A stretch of DNA of 64,000 nucleotides from Malacoraja senta (taxonomy: Eukaryota): positions 3,844,001-3,908,000 of the forward strand of contig CM075989.1 in the NCBI GenBank assembly GCA_038087875.1, in the 5' to 3' direction. Shown here piece by piece: positions 48,611 through 60,601 of the stretch (position 1 is its first letter; the number at the start of each line of letters is the position of its first letter). Position numbers and translations under genes: made by a program. The notes under the pieces are model-generated. The model worked only from the letters and a program-made list of their open reading frames with translations, did no database searches and was not told where the DNA came from.

Positions 48611-50209
48611 TCACTCCGTCTTTTGCTTTTTCCTACAAACAATACGACAAAGTTTCTTCAGTGTTCCAACCACCAACACAGTGAGCAGGAGTAACACAGA
48701 CAACAGAAAGATCATCACATCTACACAATAGTAAGCGTACCAGGGGAGACGGTGGGATTCTGTGCGCAAATGCCCCGCTCCTTTGTGTCGGGCAACGTAC
48801 TCAACCCAGAAAACGTCTCTCTCCATTGGCGACTCTGGCTGGTCCCGATGGAGAGCGGAGAGTCTCTTCATGTTGTCCCCATAAGATGCGCCGTTTATCA
48901 CCGCGTTGAGTGCCTGCAACAGATCTGTGGAGTGCATGGTTGCAATGTTGATCACTTTTGCTGCTCCTCGGGATTTAAGTCTGACTACATTGTCAAACTG
49001 GTCAAAAAACAGAGGCATGCCGACTACTGGTACACCATGGTAGATGGCTTCATAAATGCCATTGGTGCCTCCATGTGAAACAAAGGCTCGTGTGTTGGGG
49101 TGACCCAGCAGGTCGTTCTGAGGGATCCATTTTGCCAGCAGTGTATTATTCCCTATATTGGGAGGGGTCTCACCATCATATCTCCAGATAACCTTCTGGG
49201 GGATTTGAGATAAAGCTTCTGCTATTTTCATTGTAATCTCCATTGGCAAGAAACTGACGATAGTCCCCATTGACATTATAACAAGTCCATGTTTCCCTGA
49301 GCTTTGGACAAACTCCTCAAACTCTGCTGCCAGAGGCCGTGCTGGTTTACACTGGAAGCCTCCGATGTACACAATGTTTGGCATGGTGGGTCTTGGGAAT
49401 TCAAACACAAAATCCACCCTCATCAGCCACACATCAGCTCTGAGGAGAATCGACTTGAAGTCTGTGTCTGGTCCCAGATACTGATGGCAGATTTCATTAT
49501 AAAGAGGGTGTATCAAAAACTCTACAATCAGCAGCTCATTAAGAGTTTGCAGGACATTTTGTGTTCTTTGGAGAATATTCATTTTGTCTGTCAAAAGTGA
49601 GCCAGTGCGTGGGATGTAGGAAGGTGGTGAGGGGGCAGTGAGTAGATGTCCTTCCCCACCAACCTGCCATCGAATGTTGTACACCAGCGGCAGTTTTAAA
49701 TAATAAGCAAGCATTGAACCCATACCAAATGCCGGATCTGTAAGTATTAACTCAAAATTTGCGTTTTCAAGTTGGTTCAACAAGCTATTGTTTTCGAATA
49801 ATGCTTTGATAATCTCTTTCACCCATTGATGATACTCAAACATAAACATCAACATTTCATATTGGAGATTTATTTTGTCCCAGACTGTCGAGCCTTTCTG
49901 TAAGTTTTCTAATGTTATTTGTACAATATTTTCCATCAGGTTGTAATTTTCAGATTCTCTTGGCATCTGAATCATAATGGATTGATACAAGTCTGGGCTC
50001 TCTTTGATATACCAGGACGTTGACTGACTGAGCACAGTGATGCTGTGGCCACGAAGGTTCAGCTCTTCTATCAAACATTTCATATTGATCCAGTGACTCC
50101 CATCAACAGGCACGACCAATATTCTAGCTGCTCGGGTTATTGGACAAGACAATGTGATGGTGACGCAAAGAACAAATGCAAATCTGCCTTTCCATCCTGG
50201 ATTACCCAT
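48611..50209 (-). CDS. UDP-glucuronosyltransferase, UGT5-like, copy 5 (532 aa from ATG at 50209; divergent N-terminal half)
   Basis: Intact ORF; this ATG aligns with the paralog starts (MGNPGWK versus MGGLGWK); AATAAA at 48563-48568 on the minus strand. Confidence 0.93.
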   Translation of the reverse strand: MGNPGWKGRFAFVLCVTITLSCPITRAARILVVPVDGSHWINMKCLIEELNLRGHSITVLSQSTSWYIKESPDLYQSIMIQMPRESENYNLMENIVQITLENLQKGSTVWDKINLQYEMLMFMFEYHQWVKEIIKALFENNSLLNQLENANFELILTDPAFGMGSMLAYYLKLPLVYNIRWQVGGEGHLLTAPSPPSYIPRTGSLLTDKMNILQRTQNVLQTLNELLIVEFLIHPLYNEICHQYLGPDTDFKSILLRADVWLMRVDFVFEFPRPTMPNIVYIGGFQCKPARPLAAEFEEFVQSSGKHGLVIMSMGTIVSFLPMEITMKIAEALSQIPQKVIWRYDGETPPNIGNNTLLAKWIPQNDLLGHPNTRAFVSHGGTNGIYEAIYHGVPVVGMPLFFDQFDNVVRLKSRGAAKVINIATMHSTDLLQALNAVINGASYGDNMKRLSALHRDQPESPMERDVFWVEYVARHKGAGHLRTESHRLPWYAYYCVDVMIFLLSVLLLLTVLVVGTLKKLCRIVCRKKQKTE

Positions 50210-50581
50210 GCTGGAAATAGAAAATTGCACCGATCCTGTTGCAGAATTGATCAGACACGTTAGTAAGCAACATACATTGGCAAAAATGAAAATTTAGAAA
50301 CAACTGTGTGTTTTCTTGACATTACATTAACCAGATCAAATGTGTGTCATAGAGTCATACAGTGTGGAAACAGGATCTTCGGTCCAACTTACCCACACCG
50401 ACCAACTACACTAGTCCCCCCTGCCTGCGTTTGGCCCATATCCCTCTAAACCTGTCCTATCCGTGGACCTGTCTAATTATTTCTTCAACATTGTGATAGT
50501 TCCTGCCTCATCGACCTGCTCCGGCAGCTCGTGCCTTAGGTGCATTCATATTCCAATTTGGACGTCATGCAAATATGAATT

Positions 50582-51005
50582 GGGGCAGCACGGTGGCACA
50601 GCGGTAGAGTTGCTGCCTTACAGTGCCAGAGACCTGGGCACAACCCTTCTTGCAGGTGCTGTCTGTACAGATTTGATACGTTCTCCACTTGACCTGTGTG
50701 GATTTTCTCCGGGTGCTCCGGTTTCCTTCCACATTCCATGACATACGGGTTTGTATGTTAATAGGCTTCGATAAAAATTGTAAATTGTCCCTAGTGTAGG
50801 ACAATGTCCATGTTGGTTTCCCCCGGGTGCTCCGGTTTCCTCTTGCATCTTAATCACGTGCAGATTTGTAAGTTAATTGACCTCTGTAAAATTGTGTAGG
50901 GAGTGGATGTAAAAAACGTGATAACGTGGGACTAGGATGAACCTGTGATCAATAGTCGGCATGGACCTGATGGGCAGAAGCGTCTGTTTCCATGACATGT
51001 CTTTA
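50582..51005 (+). mobile_element. V-SINE, partly duplicated
   Basis: tRNA head followed by two V-domain segments. Confidence 0.7.
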
Positions 51006-51330
51006 AATTAGTCAAGGAGCCGGACTTTGCAATGCACAGAGCAGTGTAACACGGAGTGATGGAATGATAAACTCTCGGTTCACTTACCCAGAAGCAGCAA
51101 GTCCTAACAGAATGATTAGTCTGAGTCTGAAGAAGGGTTCCAGCTTGAAGCATCATCCATCCTTTTCCTTCAGAGATGGTGCCTGACCGGCTGAGCTACT
51201 CCAGCACTTTGTGTCTATCTTCACATATGCATCTGACAGTCATTCTTTTTGTATATATTACACATGTAGGCACCGCCTTTTAAGGCGCCATTGTTCAAAG
51301 TCCAAAGTCCGCTCGGCCCGCAAGCTCGGT

Positions 51331-51640
51331 GTTTAGTTTAGTTTCGACATACAGCGCGGAAACAGGCCCTTCAGCCCACCGAATCCGCACCCACCAGCGA
51401 TCCCCGCACATTAACACTATCCTACACGCACTGGGAACAATGTACACTTAGACCAACCCAATTAAGCTACTAACCCGCACATCTGTGGAGTGTGGGAAGA
51501 AACCGAACATCTCGGAGAAAACACTCGCTGGTCACGGGGAATACGCACAAACTCCGTACAGACAGCACACGTAGCCAGGATCAAACCCAGGTCTCTGGCG
51601 CTGGAAGGCAGCAACACGACTGCTGCGTCACTGTGCTCCC
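51331..51640 (-). mobile_element. V-SINE
   Basis: (CTAAA)n tail, V-domain, head. Confidence 0.8.
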
Positions 51641-52582
51641 CAATATACTGGAACATTTCTCATGAATCGACATCCCTCTCCATTGTTGTGTCCCGGGGGT
51701 TCCTCCTGCAGCCGACCTTGAAGGCGCTGGAGGCAATATCCTCGTTTAACCCGGCCCACTCCTAGCGTCCGACGTCTCCACACAGAATGATCAGAGAATC
51801 ACAACTTCCACCACAATGACTTGGCCGTTGGGTCGTTTGCTGATTTGTGGTGCTCTATAACGATTGTCCATCTCATCCTCTCGGGGTGAGAATGGAAGAC
51901 ACCAGCATTACTCAAACCACAACATTCAGAGGCATTTGCAACAGGACTGCAGTCGGAGCACAGCATCCTCTGTTTATGCTGAATGTAGAGGGGTATGGTT
52001 AAACCACAAAGAGGGAATGACTGTAAAGATGAGCTGCAAAGATGGCCACCTTGTACCTGAAATATTACCATTCACAAACAGGGGAGGTGGCTAAAGATAA
52101 ACACACCAGAAAGTTGTGGAACAGGTACTGCGGCAAATATGTTGTTTAGTTTAAGGTTTAGGTTTATTATTGACACATGTACGATGTGCAGTGCATATCT
52201 TTGTTTTGCATGCTACCCATATCAGATCAGATATACAATTCTTAGATACAACCAGTTCAAACAAAGTGCAATCAATAGAGCAAGGGGGATGGTACATATT
52301 GCATAATATAGTTCTCAGAATTGTAACTCATTAGTACCATTGACAAAGTCCAATGTTTACAACGTGTAGAGGTGAATCAGACCTCTGGATTATGAAAGAA
52401 CTGTACAGAAACCTGATAACAGGAAGCAGTTGTTCCTGAGCCGGTTGCTACGCGCTTTCAAACATCTGCACCTTCAGCCGGACAGAAGCAGAGAGAAGCA
52501 GGGTGGGACAAGTGTTTGATTATGTTGGCTGATTTTCCGAGGCAGTGTGATGTGTAGATGGACTGATGACGTGGTGACTAAA

Positions 52583-52840
52583 GTTTAGCGATACAGCGCA
52601 GAAACAAGCCCTTTGGGGCACCGAGTCTACGTCGACCAGCGATCCCCACACACTAACACAAGCGATCATTTACAATGTTACCAAGCCGATTAGCCTACAA
52701 ACCTGTACATCTTTGGAGTGTGGGAGAAAACCCACGTGGTCACAGGGAGAATGTACAAATTGTAAGGACAGCACCCACAGACAGGATCGAACCCGGGATC
52801 CTGGCGCTGTGAGGCATCAACTCTACCGCTGCGCCACTGC
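52583..52840 (-). mobile_element. V-SINE
   Basis: Box B GGTTCGATCC on the minus strand, V-domain. Confidence 0.8.
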
Positions 52841-53769
52841 ATACACTGCGACACACTATGTGTGATCCTGAACGAGACAGAAGAAAGCTCTCGCTTTCCC
52901 AGTTCTGCCGAAGAATACACAAGATGCACTTGTTTCAAACCATGATGACTGATAAAACTGAGTCCTTAAAACCGCAGGCCAGTGAGGTTAGAAACGGAAG
53001 TTGCGTGCTAATCTAATGCAAACATTCGAAGAATTGTGGAGACTCAAGGAACTGCTTACGTAGAACACCAAGTACTGGAGTAACTCGGCATGTTAGGCAG
53101 CATCTGTGGAGAACAGAGATAGGTGACGTTTTGTGTGGGGACCTTCCTTCCGAATTTAGAATTGTTTGATTTTGCCTCCAGCGGGACAACACCTCAGTCT
53201 CAGATGCTGCAAACAATTCTGCAAACAACAATATCTAGTATTTTTCACTTGAGCAGTTCTGCTAAATTCTCAAGAAAGATCCCGAAGCTAAACCGTTAAT
53301 TTAATAATATAAGGTAGTCGACGTGTCATTTTGTCTTCTGCAACAAATATCTGGTACTTACTGATCTGTGAGAAGGTATTAACTTCCCGGCGTTGAGTTC
53401 ACCGCAAAGAAAAATTCTTTGGCACCTTTCAACTGGCTGATCCAAAGTACAGCGTTGCATAATATTAATCCTTACTTGCTGTTTTATTCACATTCGTGCT
53501 CGCTTTCTGTTGCACATGATGACGAGTCTAGTTGGCTTGTTTCCTCTGAGCTGCTTTTAGTCGCAAACAGTTTACAACTCGAGATTCCGAGAAATACCCG
53601 ATAATATTGTTGCATGGACGAACTTTCAAATAACTCCGCCATCTGCCCTTCCCCCTACATCTGTGTGTTTCTTGCAAAGGCGCCACTGAGTTGACACCTC
53701 AGGAGTTTGATGGTAGATATTGGGATGAATGTGTGGGAAGGAACTGCAAATGCTGGTTTACACCGACGA

Positions 53770-53968
53770 TAGACACACAAAAAACTGGAATAACTCAGCG
53801 GGACAGGCAGCATCACTCGAGAGAAGGAGTGGGTGACTTTTTGGGTCAAGACCCTACTTCAGACCATCTTCAGCCGTCTGTAGAAGGGTCTCGGCGCGAA
53901 ACGTCACCCATTCCTTCTCTGCGGATATGGTGCCTGTCCCGCTGAGTTACTCCAGCATTTTGTGTCTA
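53770..53968. repeat. Inverted pair of Penelope pLTR/hammerhead units
   Basis: Arms 53770-53864 and 53876-53968 are imperfect reverse complements with an 11-nt spacer. Confidence 0.75.
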
Positions 53969-54379
53969 TTTACAGAAGTGAAATTTCTCCTTGGAAATAG
54001 TTTAATATTCTAATCACTTAGTTTAATAAAATTAGTTATTTATAATTAACTGCTCTGCTCAATGGAGGAGATATTCAGTATAGTCGTTATAGTCAAGAAG
54101 ATAATTGAATTTACTGGAAGTAGATGTTGCTCATCTGGTGAACCTTCAATTACACTTTACTTTAACAAGTACAAATACGCTGGGTGTTCCATCTCTCGAG
54201 TAACCTGTTAGTTTGCATTCTCCGTGTTCATTATTTCCCTTCTTTCCGTTCTTGTGTTTGTGTTACTCACCTTTTACCTTCTTATGCCTTCTTTGAAATA
54301 TTGACAGAAAACTGGAACATTTTTTCCAACCTTGAAACCGATTGCAAAGGATTCACAGAAAATAAGTGCACGGCATGTG

Positions 54380-55255
54380 CACTGGAACGGGGAAGAAGGC
54401 ACATGGTACGCTTGCCTTCAGGGTATTGAAAATAAGATTTAGGGTGTCATGGTGCAGCTTTGATAACCTTTGCGTTGGCCGCTTTTGGACTATTGTATGG
54501 TGTTGTGATAAACCCAGTACAAGAAGAATGCGGAGGCTTTGGAAAGGGTGCAGAGGAGGTTAGAAACATAGACACATAGAAAATAGTCGAGCCAGCACCG
54601 CCATTCAATATGATCATGGATGATCATCCAGAATCAGTACCCTGTTCCTGCTTTCTCCCTATATCCCCTGATTCCTTTAGCCCTAAGAGTTATATCCATT
54701 CTCTCTTGAATGCATCCAGTGATTTGGCCCCCACTGCCTTCTCTGGCAGAACATTCCACAGATTCACATTTCTCTGGATGAGAAAGTTTTTCCTCATGTC
54801 AGTCCTAAATCTTCACCAGAATCCACTGGATTATGGGGTATTGGCTATTGGGAAAGGTTGGACAGACTTGGATTGTGTTCTCGTGAACGTTGTAGGTTGA
54901 GGGGAGACCTGATAGAAGTATATTGAATTATGAGAGGCATAGATCGGGTAGACAGTTAGAACCTTTTTCCCAGCATGGAACAATCAAATACGAGAGGGAA
55001 TAGCTGTAAAGGTGAGACGGGCAAGTTTAAAGGAGATGTAGGAGGAAACTTTTTTTACACAGAGGCTGGTGAATGCCTGGGTTAGTGGTTAAGGCAGATA
55101 CTATAGAGGCATTTAAGACGATATTGGATAGGCACTTGGATATGCAGAGAATGGAAGGATGTGGATCATGCGCAGGTGGAAGAGATTTGTTCTTGGCATA
55201 TTCATCCCAGATATTATGGTCCAAAGGGTTCGTTCTTGTGTTGTACCGTTCTACG
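54380..55255 (+). mobile_element. Old CR1 3' fragment with a nested antisense CR1 tail (54561-54810)
   Basis: Degenerate RLRGDLIEVY and FTQR segments; nested TAGAAACA tail of the same family as 37377. Confidence 0.7.
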
Positions 55256-56120
55256 TTGCAGTCAGTCACAAAATAATCAGCTTTGCAATCATATTAACAG
55301 TGCCGTGATGCTTGTCTGTTAAGTCTAGGATTTAACACTGAGCATTTGGTGTCCAGAGTGTCCTTCAGATCAGGAGCAGATGAATGAAAAGCCGTGATTC
55401 TGTGTGGGTTGCTATCTCACTCACAGGACTTTCAACCTGCCTTTATTACCAATGATATCCGCCCTTATAACGATGATGGTGAGGAACCTTTGTGATCTGT
55501 TGAAGTCTATGTGTTGGAGGTATCCAACATTGTGGAGTGGTTTAATACAAAGGAGTAGAGAGGGCAGTCAAAAATCAACCACATTGTAGCAGATTGGTTT
55601 AAGGTCAACTCTAAATCAGACGAGGCAAGGATGACAAATTTACTTCTGCAATATGCATTTGTGAATCACTTATATTTTTATAATCACCTTGTACTTTAAA
55701 AAACACTAAAGCTATTGGGATTTACGTTGGTGTTCTGTGATCCCATTGTGCAGCACTTAATCAACTGCCTTCTGAAAGTTCATACATTGCACTTACCCCA
55801 TCGACTGTTCATACCCCATCATCAAAGCTCATATTACATTTGTTTAACACGATTAGCCTTCAACAAATCCATGCTGCCTTTCTCTCATTAGTCTACATTT
55901 GTCCAAGTGACTGCTGATTCTATCCCTGGTTATCGTGTCTGAAAGCTTCCCCATCACAGGTTAGTGCAGTTTTTGGGCTGTGACAGCGTCCCCTTTGTAG
56001 GATGTCACTCTGATCCCTATTACTGTCTGACAGCATCATTGGTAACAGCTGGGTCCAAATAAGTGGTATTGGTTTGGCCTCATCAGCCTACTCCTTATAA
56101 ACTCTGGCATTCTTGTGAAA

Positions 56121-58010
56121 TTATTTTTTATTGGAGGTAGATACATATCATATTAAAATCGATACCAGTCTTACATTTTTAAATTACTAATATCGTCCAT
56201 TATTATTACAATGTCTCCAATACTTTTTTCTTTTTTTTTAAAACTAAATAGAACTAAAAAGATATAGATGAAATAAAGAAAGAAAGAGAAAAAAGTGAAG
56301 AAACAAGAAAGAAAAAAAAAAAAAAAAAAAAAAGATAATAAAGAAGAATGGAATCATTTACTACGATAAAAAACTTAATTCGAGATATATTCGTACATTT
56401 CAGAGTATAACCTTTCATCTATTCCTTGGCACGGGTGTTAGTCAGGTTCTTGTGCTGAACCATTCTGACCCTTTAAATAGTCAATAAAGGGAGACCATGT
56501 TCCGACGAATAGTTCCTGTTTGTCCAACAGGACAAGTCTAATTCTTTCCAAGTGTAAGGTCTCCGTCATTTCTATAATCCACATTTTAATTGTGGGGGTT
56601 ATAGGGCCTTTCCAAAATTTTAGAATTAATTTTTTCCCAGTTATTATACTATAATCAATAAAGTTTCTTTGAGTTGTTGTAAATGTTTGATTTAGTTCTA
56701 ATTATTATCCAAGTATCATCAATTTTGGATCCGGGTCCAATTGAATGCTAGTCACTTTAGATATTATTGTGAAAATATTTACCCAGAAATTTTTAATTTT
56801 TATGCAATTTGCAAACATATGAGATAAGTTAGCTTCTAAATGTTGACATTTATCACATATTGGTGAGATATGTGGGAAGATTTTATTTAATTTTGTTTTG
56901 GAATAATGTAACCTTTGTATTACTTTGAATTATATTAGAGAATGTCTGGCATTTAATGAACATTGATGTATGTGTTGTAAACTTTCTTCCCAAGTATCTT
57001 TCGTTATTATTTGATTTAGTTCTTTTTCCGAAGTTTGTCTGTGTAAGTCCGTCAATGGAATATCACTGTCTAATAAAATATTATATATATAAGATATTAG
57101 TTTTTCTGTATTAGGATGTTTATTCCAACAGTCGTCAAAAATTTCTGTATTTCTAATTCTAAAATTTCAAGTATTTGCTTTTATGTAATCTCTAAGTTGG
57201 AGATATCTGAAAAAATCATTTACTTGAAGTCCATAAATCTGTTGCAACTCCTGAAATGAAAGAAAAGTGCCTTCCTTATAAAGTTGTCCCATCTTTTTAA
57301 TTCCATAGTTTTTCCATTGTGTGAAACCTTTGTCCAACCATGAGGGCTTAAACAAAGGGTTATTCGCAATTGGAAGAAAAAGTGATAAATTATCTAGTTT
57401 TAATGTCTTTTTTAATTGTTTCCAAATTCGCATAGTACTATATATTATAGGATTTTCCCTATACATTTTTAAATTTAATTTAGAAGTAGCAAATAGTATC
57501 GAGCCGATTTCAAAAGGTGAGCAATCTTCCTTTTCCATTTTTAACCAATCTGGTTGTTGATCTATTTCTTTCAACCAAAAATTCATATTTTTAATGTTAA
57601 CTGCCCAAATATAAAACAAAAAGTTTGGTAAAACCAAACCTCCATTTATTTTTGATTTGCACAGATGTTTTTTGCTTATCCTATGATTCTTATAATCCCA
57701 GCTTAAGTCACTGACAATGGAATCTAACTTTTTAAAAAAGTTTTTTGACAAATATATCGGAATTGTTTGAAAAAGGTATAATATTTGCGGTAAGAAAATC
57801 ATTTTTATGGCATTAATTTTGCCAACCATTGAAATAGGAAGTGTTTTCCAATACTGAATATTCTTATGTAGTTTATTCAGTAATGGGGGAAAGTTTGCTT
57901 TAAATAATGATGTATATATCTTAGTAACATAAATGCCCAGGTATTTAAATTTTTCATTTACTATTTTAAATGGAAATTGTTGTATTATATGTTTATTATG
58001 TTCCCTTATT
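56121..58010 (-). mobile_element. L1 3' fragment (ORF2 C-terminus and 3'UTR)
   Basis: KYLGI, GKINAIKMIFLPQILYLFQ, GGLVLPNF, FFRYLQLRD; C-terminal Cys/His knuckle near 56810-56860; T-rich 3'UTR. Confidence 0.88.
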
Positions 58011-59199
58011 GGCATAATTTCACTCTGGCATTCTGACCAAAGGGGAGAAGGTGAGGCAAGAAACAGCTTGTGAGCTGTTGTGCACAAGAGCGTCCACAGT
58101 TGAGTTGAGTTGAGTTGCACTGCACATGTATCGAGTGAAAAGCTTGTATCGAGTGAAAAGCTTTTGTTGTGGAAAGGCAGGACAATGGCTGCATCGGAGG
58201 TCAGAATTGAACCTGGGTCTCTGGCACAGTGAGGCAGACGCCACTCTACCAGCTGCACCACTGTGCTGCCTAATTGATAAATTTTGAAGCAGAGACTTGA
58301 ATAGTATTTACAACGTTGCCTATAATGTCATGCTTCTGTCTTCATTCCTTTATCCAAAAGGAGCATGCAGGCAGTTTAGAGATACAGCGCAGAAACAGGC
58401 CCACCGGCCCACCGATTCCGTACCGACCAGCAATCCCCGCACATTAACACTATCCTACACACACAATTTACATTTAAATCAAGCCAATTAACCTTCAGAC
58501 AGTGTGGGAGGGACGTAGATTTTGGAAAGCATTTGATAAGGTGCCTCATCAAAAGCTAATGAGGGAAATAAAACATGGTTGGAGCAGCAACATGTTGGCG
58601 TGGAAAGAAGATTGGTTGTCTAACAAGAAATGGAGAATAGCCTTAAACAGGCCTACCTCAGGTTGGTTAGATGAGCTTGATGGGACACTAATGAGATCAG
58701 TGTCGGGGCCTTAATGTTGTACAATGTATAAATGGCTTGGCAATATAATGTGGGGAGGTGTACAGTATTCCGCTTTAGCAGGAAACATCAGAGAAAAGGC
58801 TTTCTTGGCATGGTGGATGCAGAGAGGATGTTTCCTCTTGTGCGAGAGTCTAGAATGAGGGGTCACTGTTAAACATGGAACAGTACAGTCCAGGAACAGG
58901 CCCTTCAGACCACAATGTCTGTGCAGAACATGATGGTGAAATAAACTAATCTCCTCTCCCTTACAAATGAAGCACTATTGAACAATTCACCCACACCAAC
59001 TTTCCCACATTCTCTGCATATCCATGTGATTATTTAAAAACCTCTTAAATGTTACTATCATAAGTTCCACCACCAACTAAGCAGTGCGTTCCAGACATCC
59101 ACCACTGTCTGTAAAAAAACTTACCCTGCACATCTCCTTTAAACTTTAAAAAAGGTAGTGACTGTTTACCCTAGCTATGCTTCTCATAATTTAATCTAC

Positions 59200-59975
59200 C
59201 AACATAATTGTATTGTTTATTATTGTCATGTGGACAGTGGTACAGAGAAAAGCTTTTGGTTGTTTTCTATCAGTCAAGTCAAACTATACTACACATGAGT
59301 ACAATGAAGTACTGCAACAGGTAGTATGAGGAGAAAACTAGAATACAGTGCGGAATACAGTGTTACAGCATTACAATGTGTAGCTGGAATCAATGGGGGG
59401 GGGGGGAGGCTGGTTTGTGTGATGGACTGGCTATATCCACATCTCTCTGCAATTTCTTGCGTCTTGGGCAGAACTGTAGTCAACCCAAGCTGTGATGTTG
59501 TGATCACGGTTGAAGATGTTATTTCAATGGTTAGTAAGATTTGTTTGAGACATGCCGAAAATGTCTTTAGTCTTCTAAGGAAGTAGAGGCATTGTTTCTT
59601 TCTTGGTGGTAGTTTCAACGTGGTTGGTCAAAGACAAGTTGTTGGTGATATTTTCACCAAGAAACCTGAAGATCTCGATCATCTCCTCTTTGACACTATT
59701 GATGCTGTCCAGCGATTGTACCCAACATTTTTTCCTGAAGGCAATAACTAGCTCCTATCTCTTGATAACAAGGGAGAGGTTGTTGTCTTGACACCATGCT
59801 ACCAAGCTGCCTATCTTATTCCTGTATTCCAATTCGTCACTGTTCGAAATCCAACCCGCTACAATGGTGTCATTGGCAAAATAGTCCTTGGAGTTGGAGC
59901 CAAATTTGGCCACAAGGTCATGAGTGAATATGGAGTATAGTACGGGGCTGAGAACACATCCATGTGCGGCGGCAG
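59200..59975 (-). mobile_element. Degraded Rex1/Babar-like LINE fragment
   Basis: KKQCLYFLRRLKTF resembles the Rex1 C-terminal motif; degenerate FA(D/N)DT near 59865-59880. Confidence 0.55.
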
Positions 59976-60601
59976 TGTAGAGGATTTCTGCGGAGGATGT
60001 TTTGTTCCTTATCCTTGCTCTCTTCCCAAAAGGGTAGTAGAAGCAAAGGCTCTGAATACTTACAAGGCAAAGGTAGGTATGCAGGGGATAAAAAGATATT
60101 ATGGGAAGGTAAAATTAAACGAGAACTTACCAAGTTTGAAGTTTGATCTTTATTTTATGAGGAGTTACGATGAGGGATTACGTGAAGAAGCCCGCCAGCC
60201 CGCATGCGCATCAACCTTCAAATCACAGACAAACAGTGTTGAACTGAACATAGTAAGATTCGAGACTAGAACTACCAGCTGACCTTTATGAAAGAGGGTT
60301 GAGAGCGGAGGGCACGTAATCCCTCATCGTAACTCCTCATAAAATAAAGATCAAGCTTCAAACTTGGTAAGTTCTCGTTTAATCTTACTATTTTACTTCG
60401 GAGTCACGTGAGTGACTACGTGAAGATTTCAAAGCTCTGTGATTTCATGCCGTGGCCACGAGTCCATGCGTCACACACTGCATCAGTTGACCAAGGATGA
60501 GTGAACATTAATAATGCATTCAGACATGACATTGATTTAAACATGCTGATGCTTTAATGAGCAAATGAAAATAAAAGTGACCCCTCTCTTCCAGGGGGAA
60601 A

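Noticed and set aside
50210..50230. N-terminal extension MQFSISS of the 539-aa ORF
   Set aside because: Starts at a GTG; the ATG at 50209 aligns with the starts of all paralogs
53350..53365. Possible splice donor GTAAGT for a copy 5 first exon
   Set aside because: Single short motif with no paralog support; needs transcript data
57167..58261. 364-aa ORF as a novel gene
   Set aside because: Chance read-through from SINE and other repeat sequence into L1 ORF2
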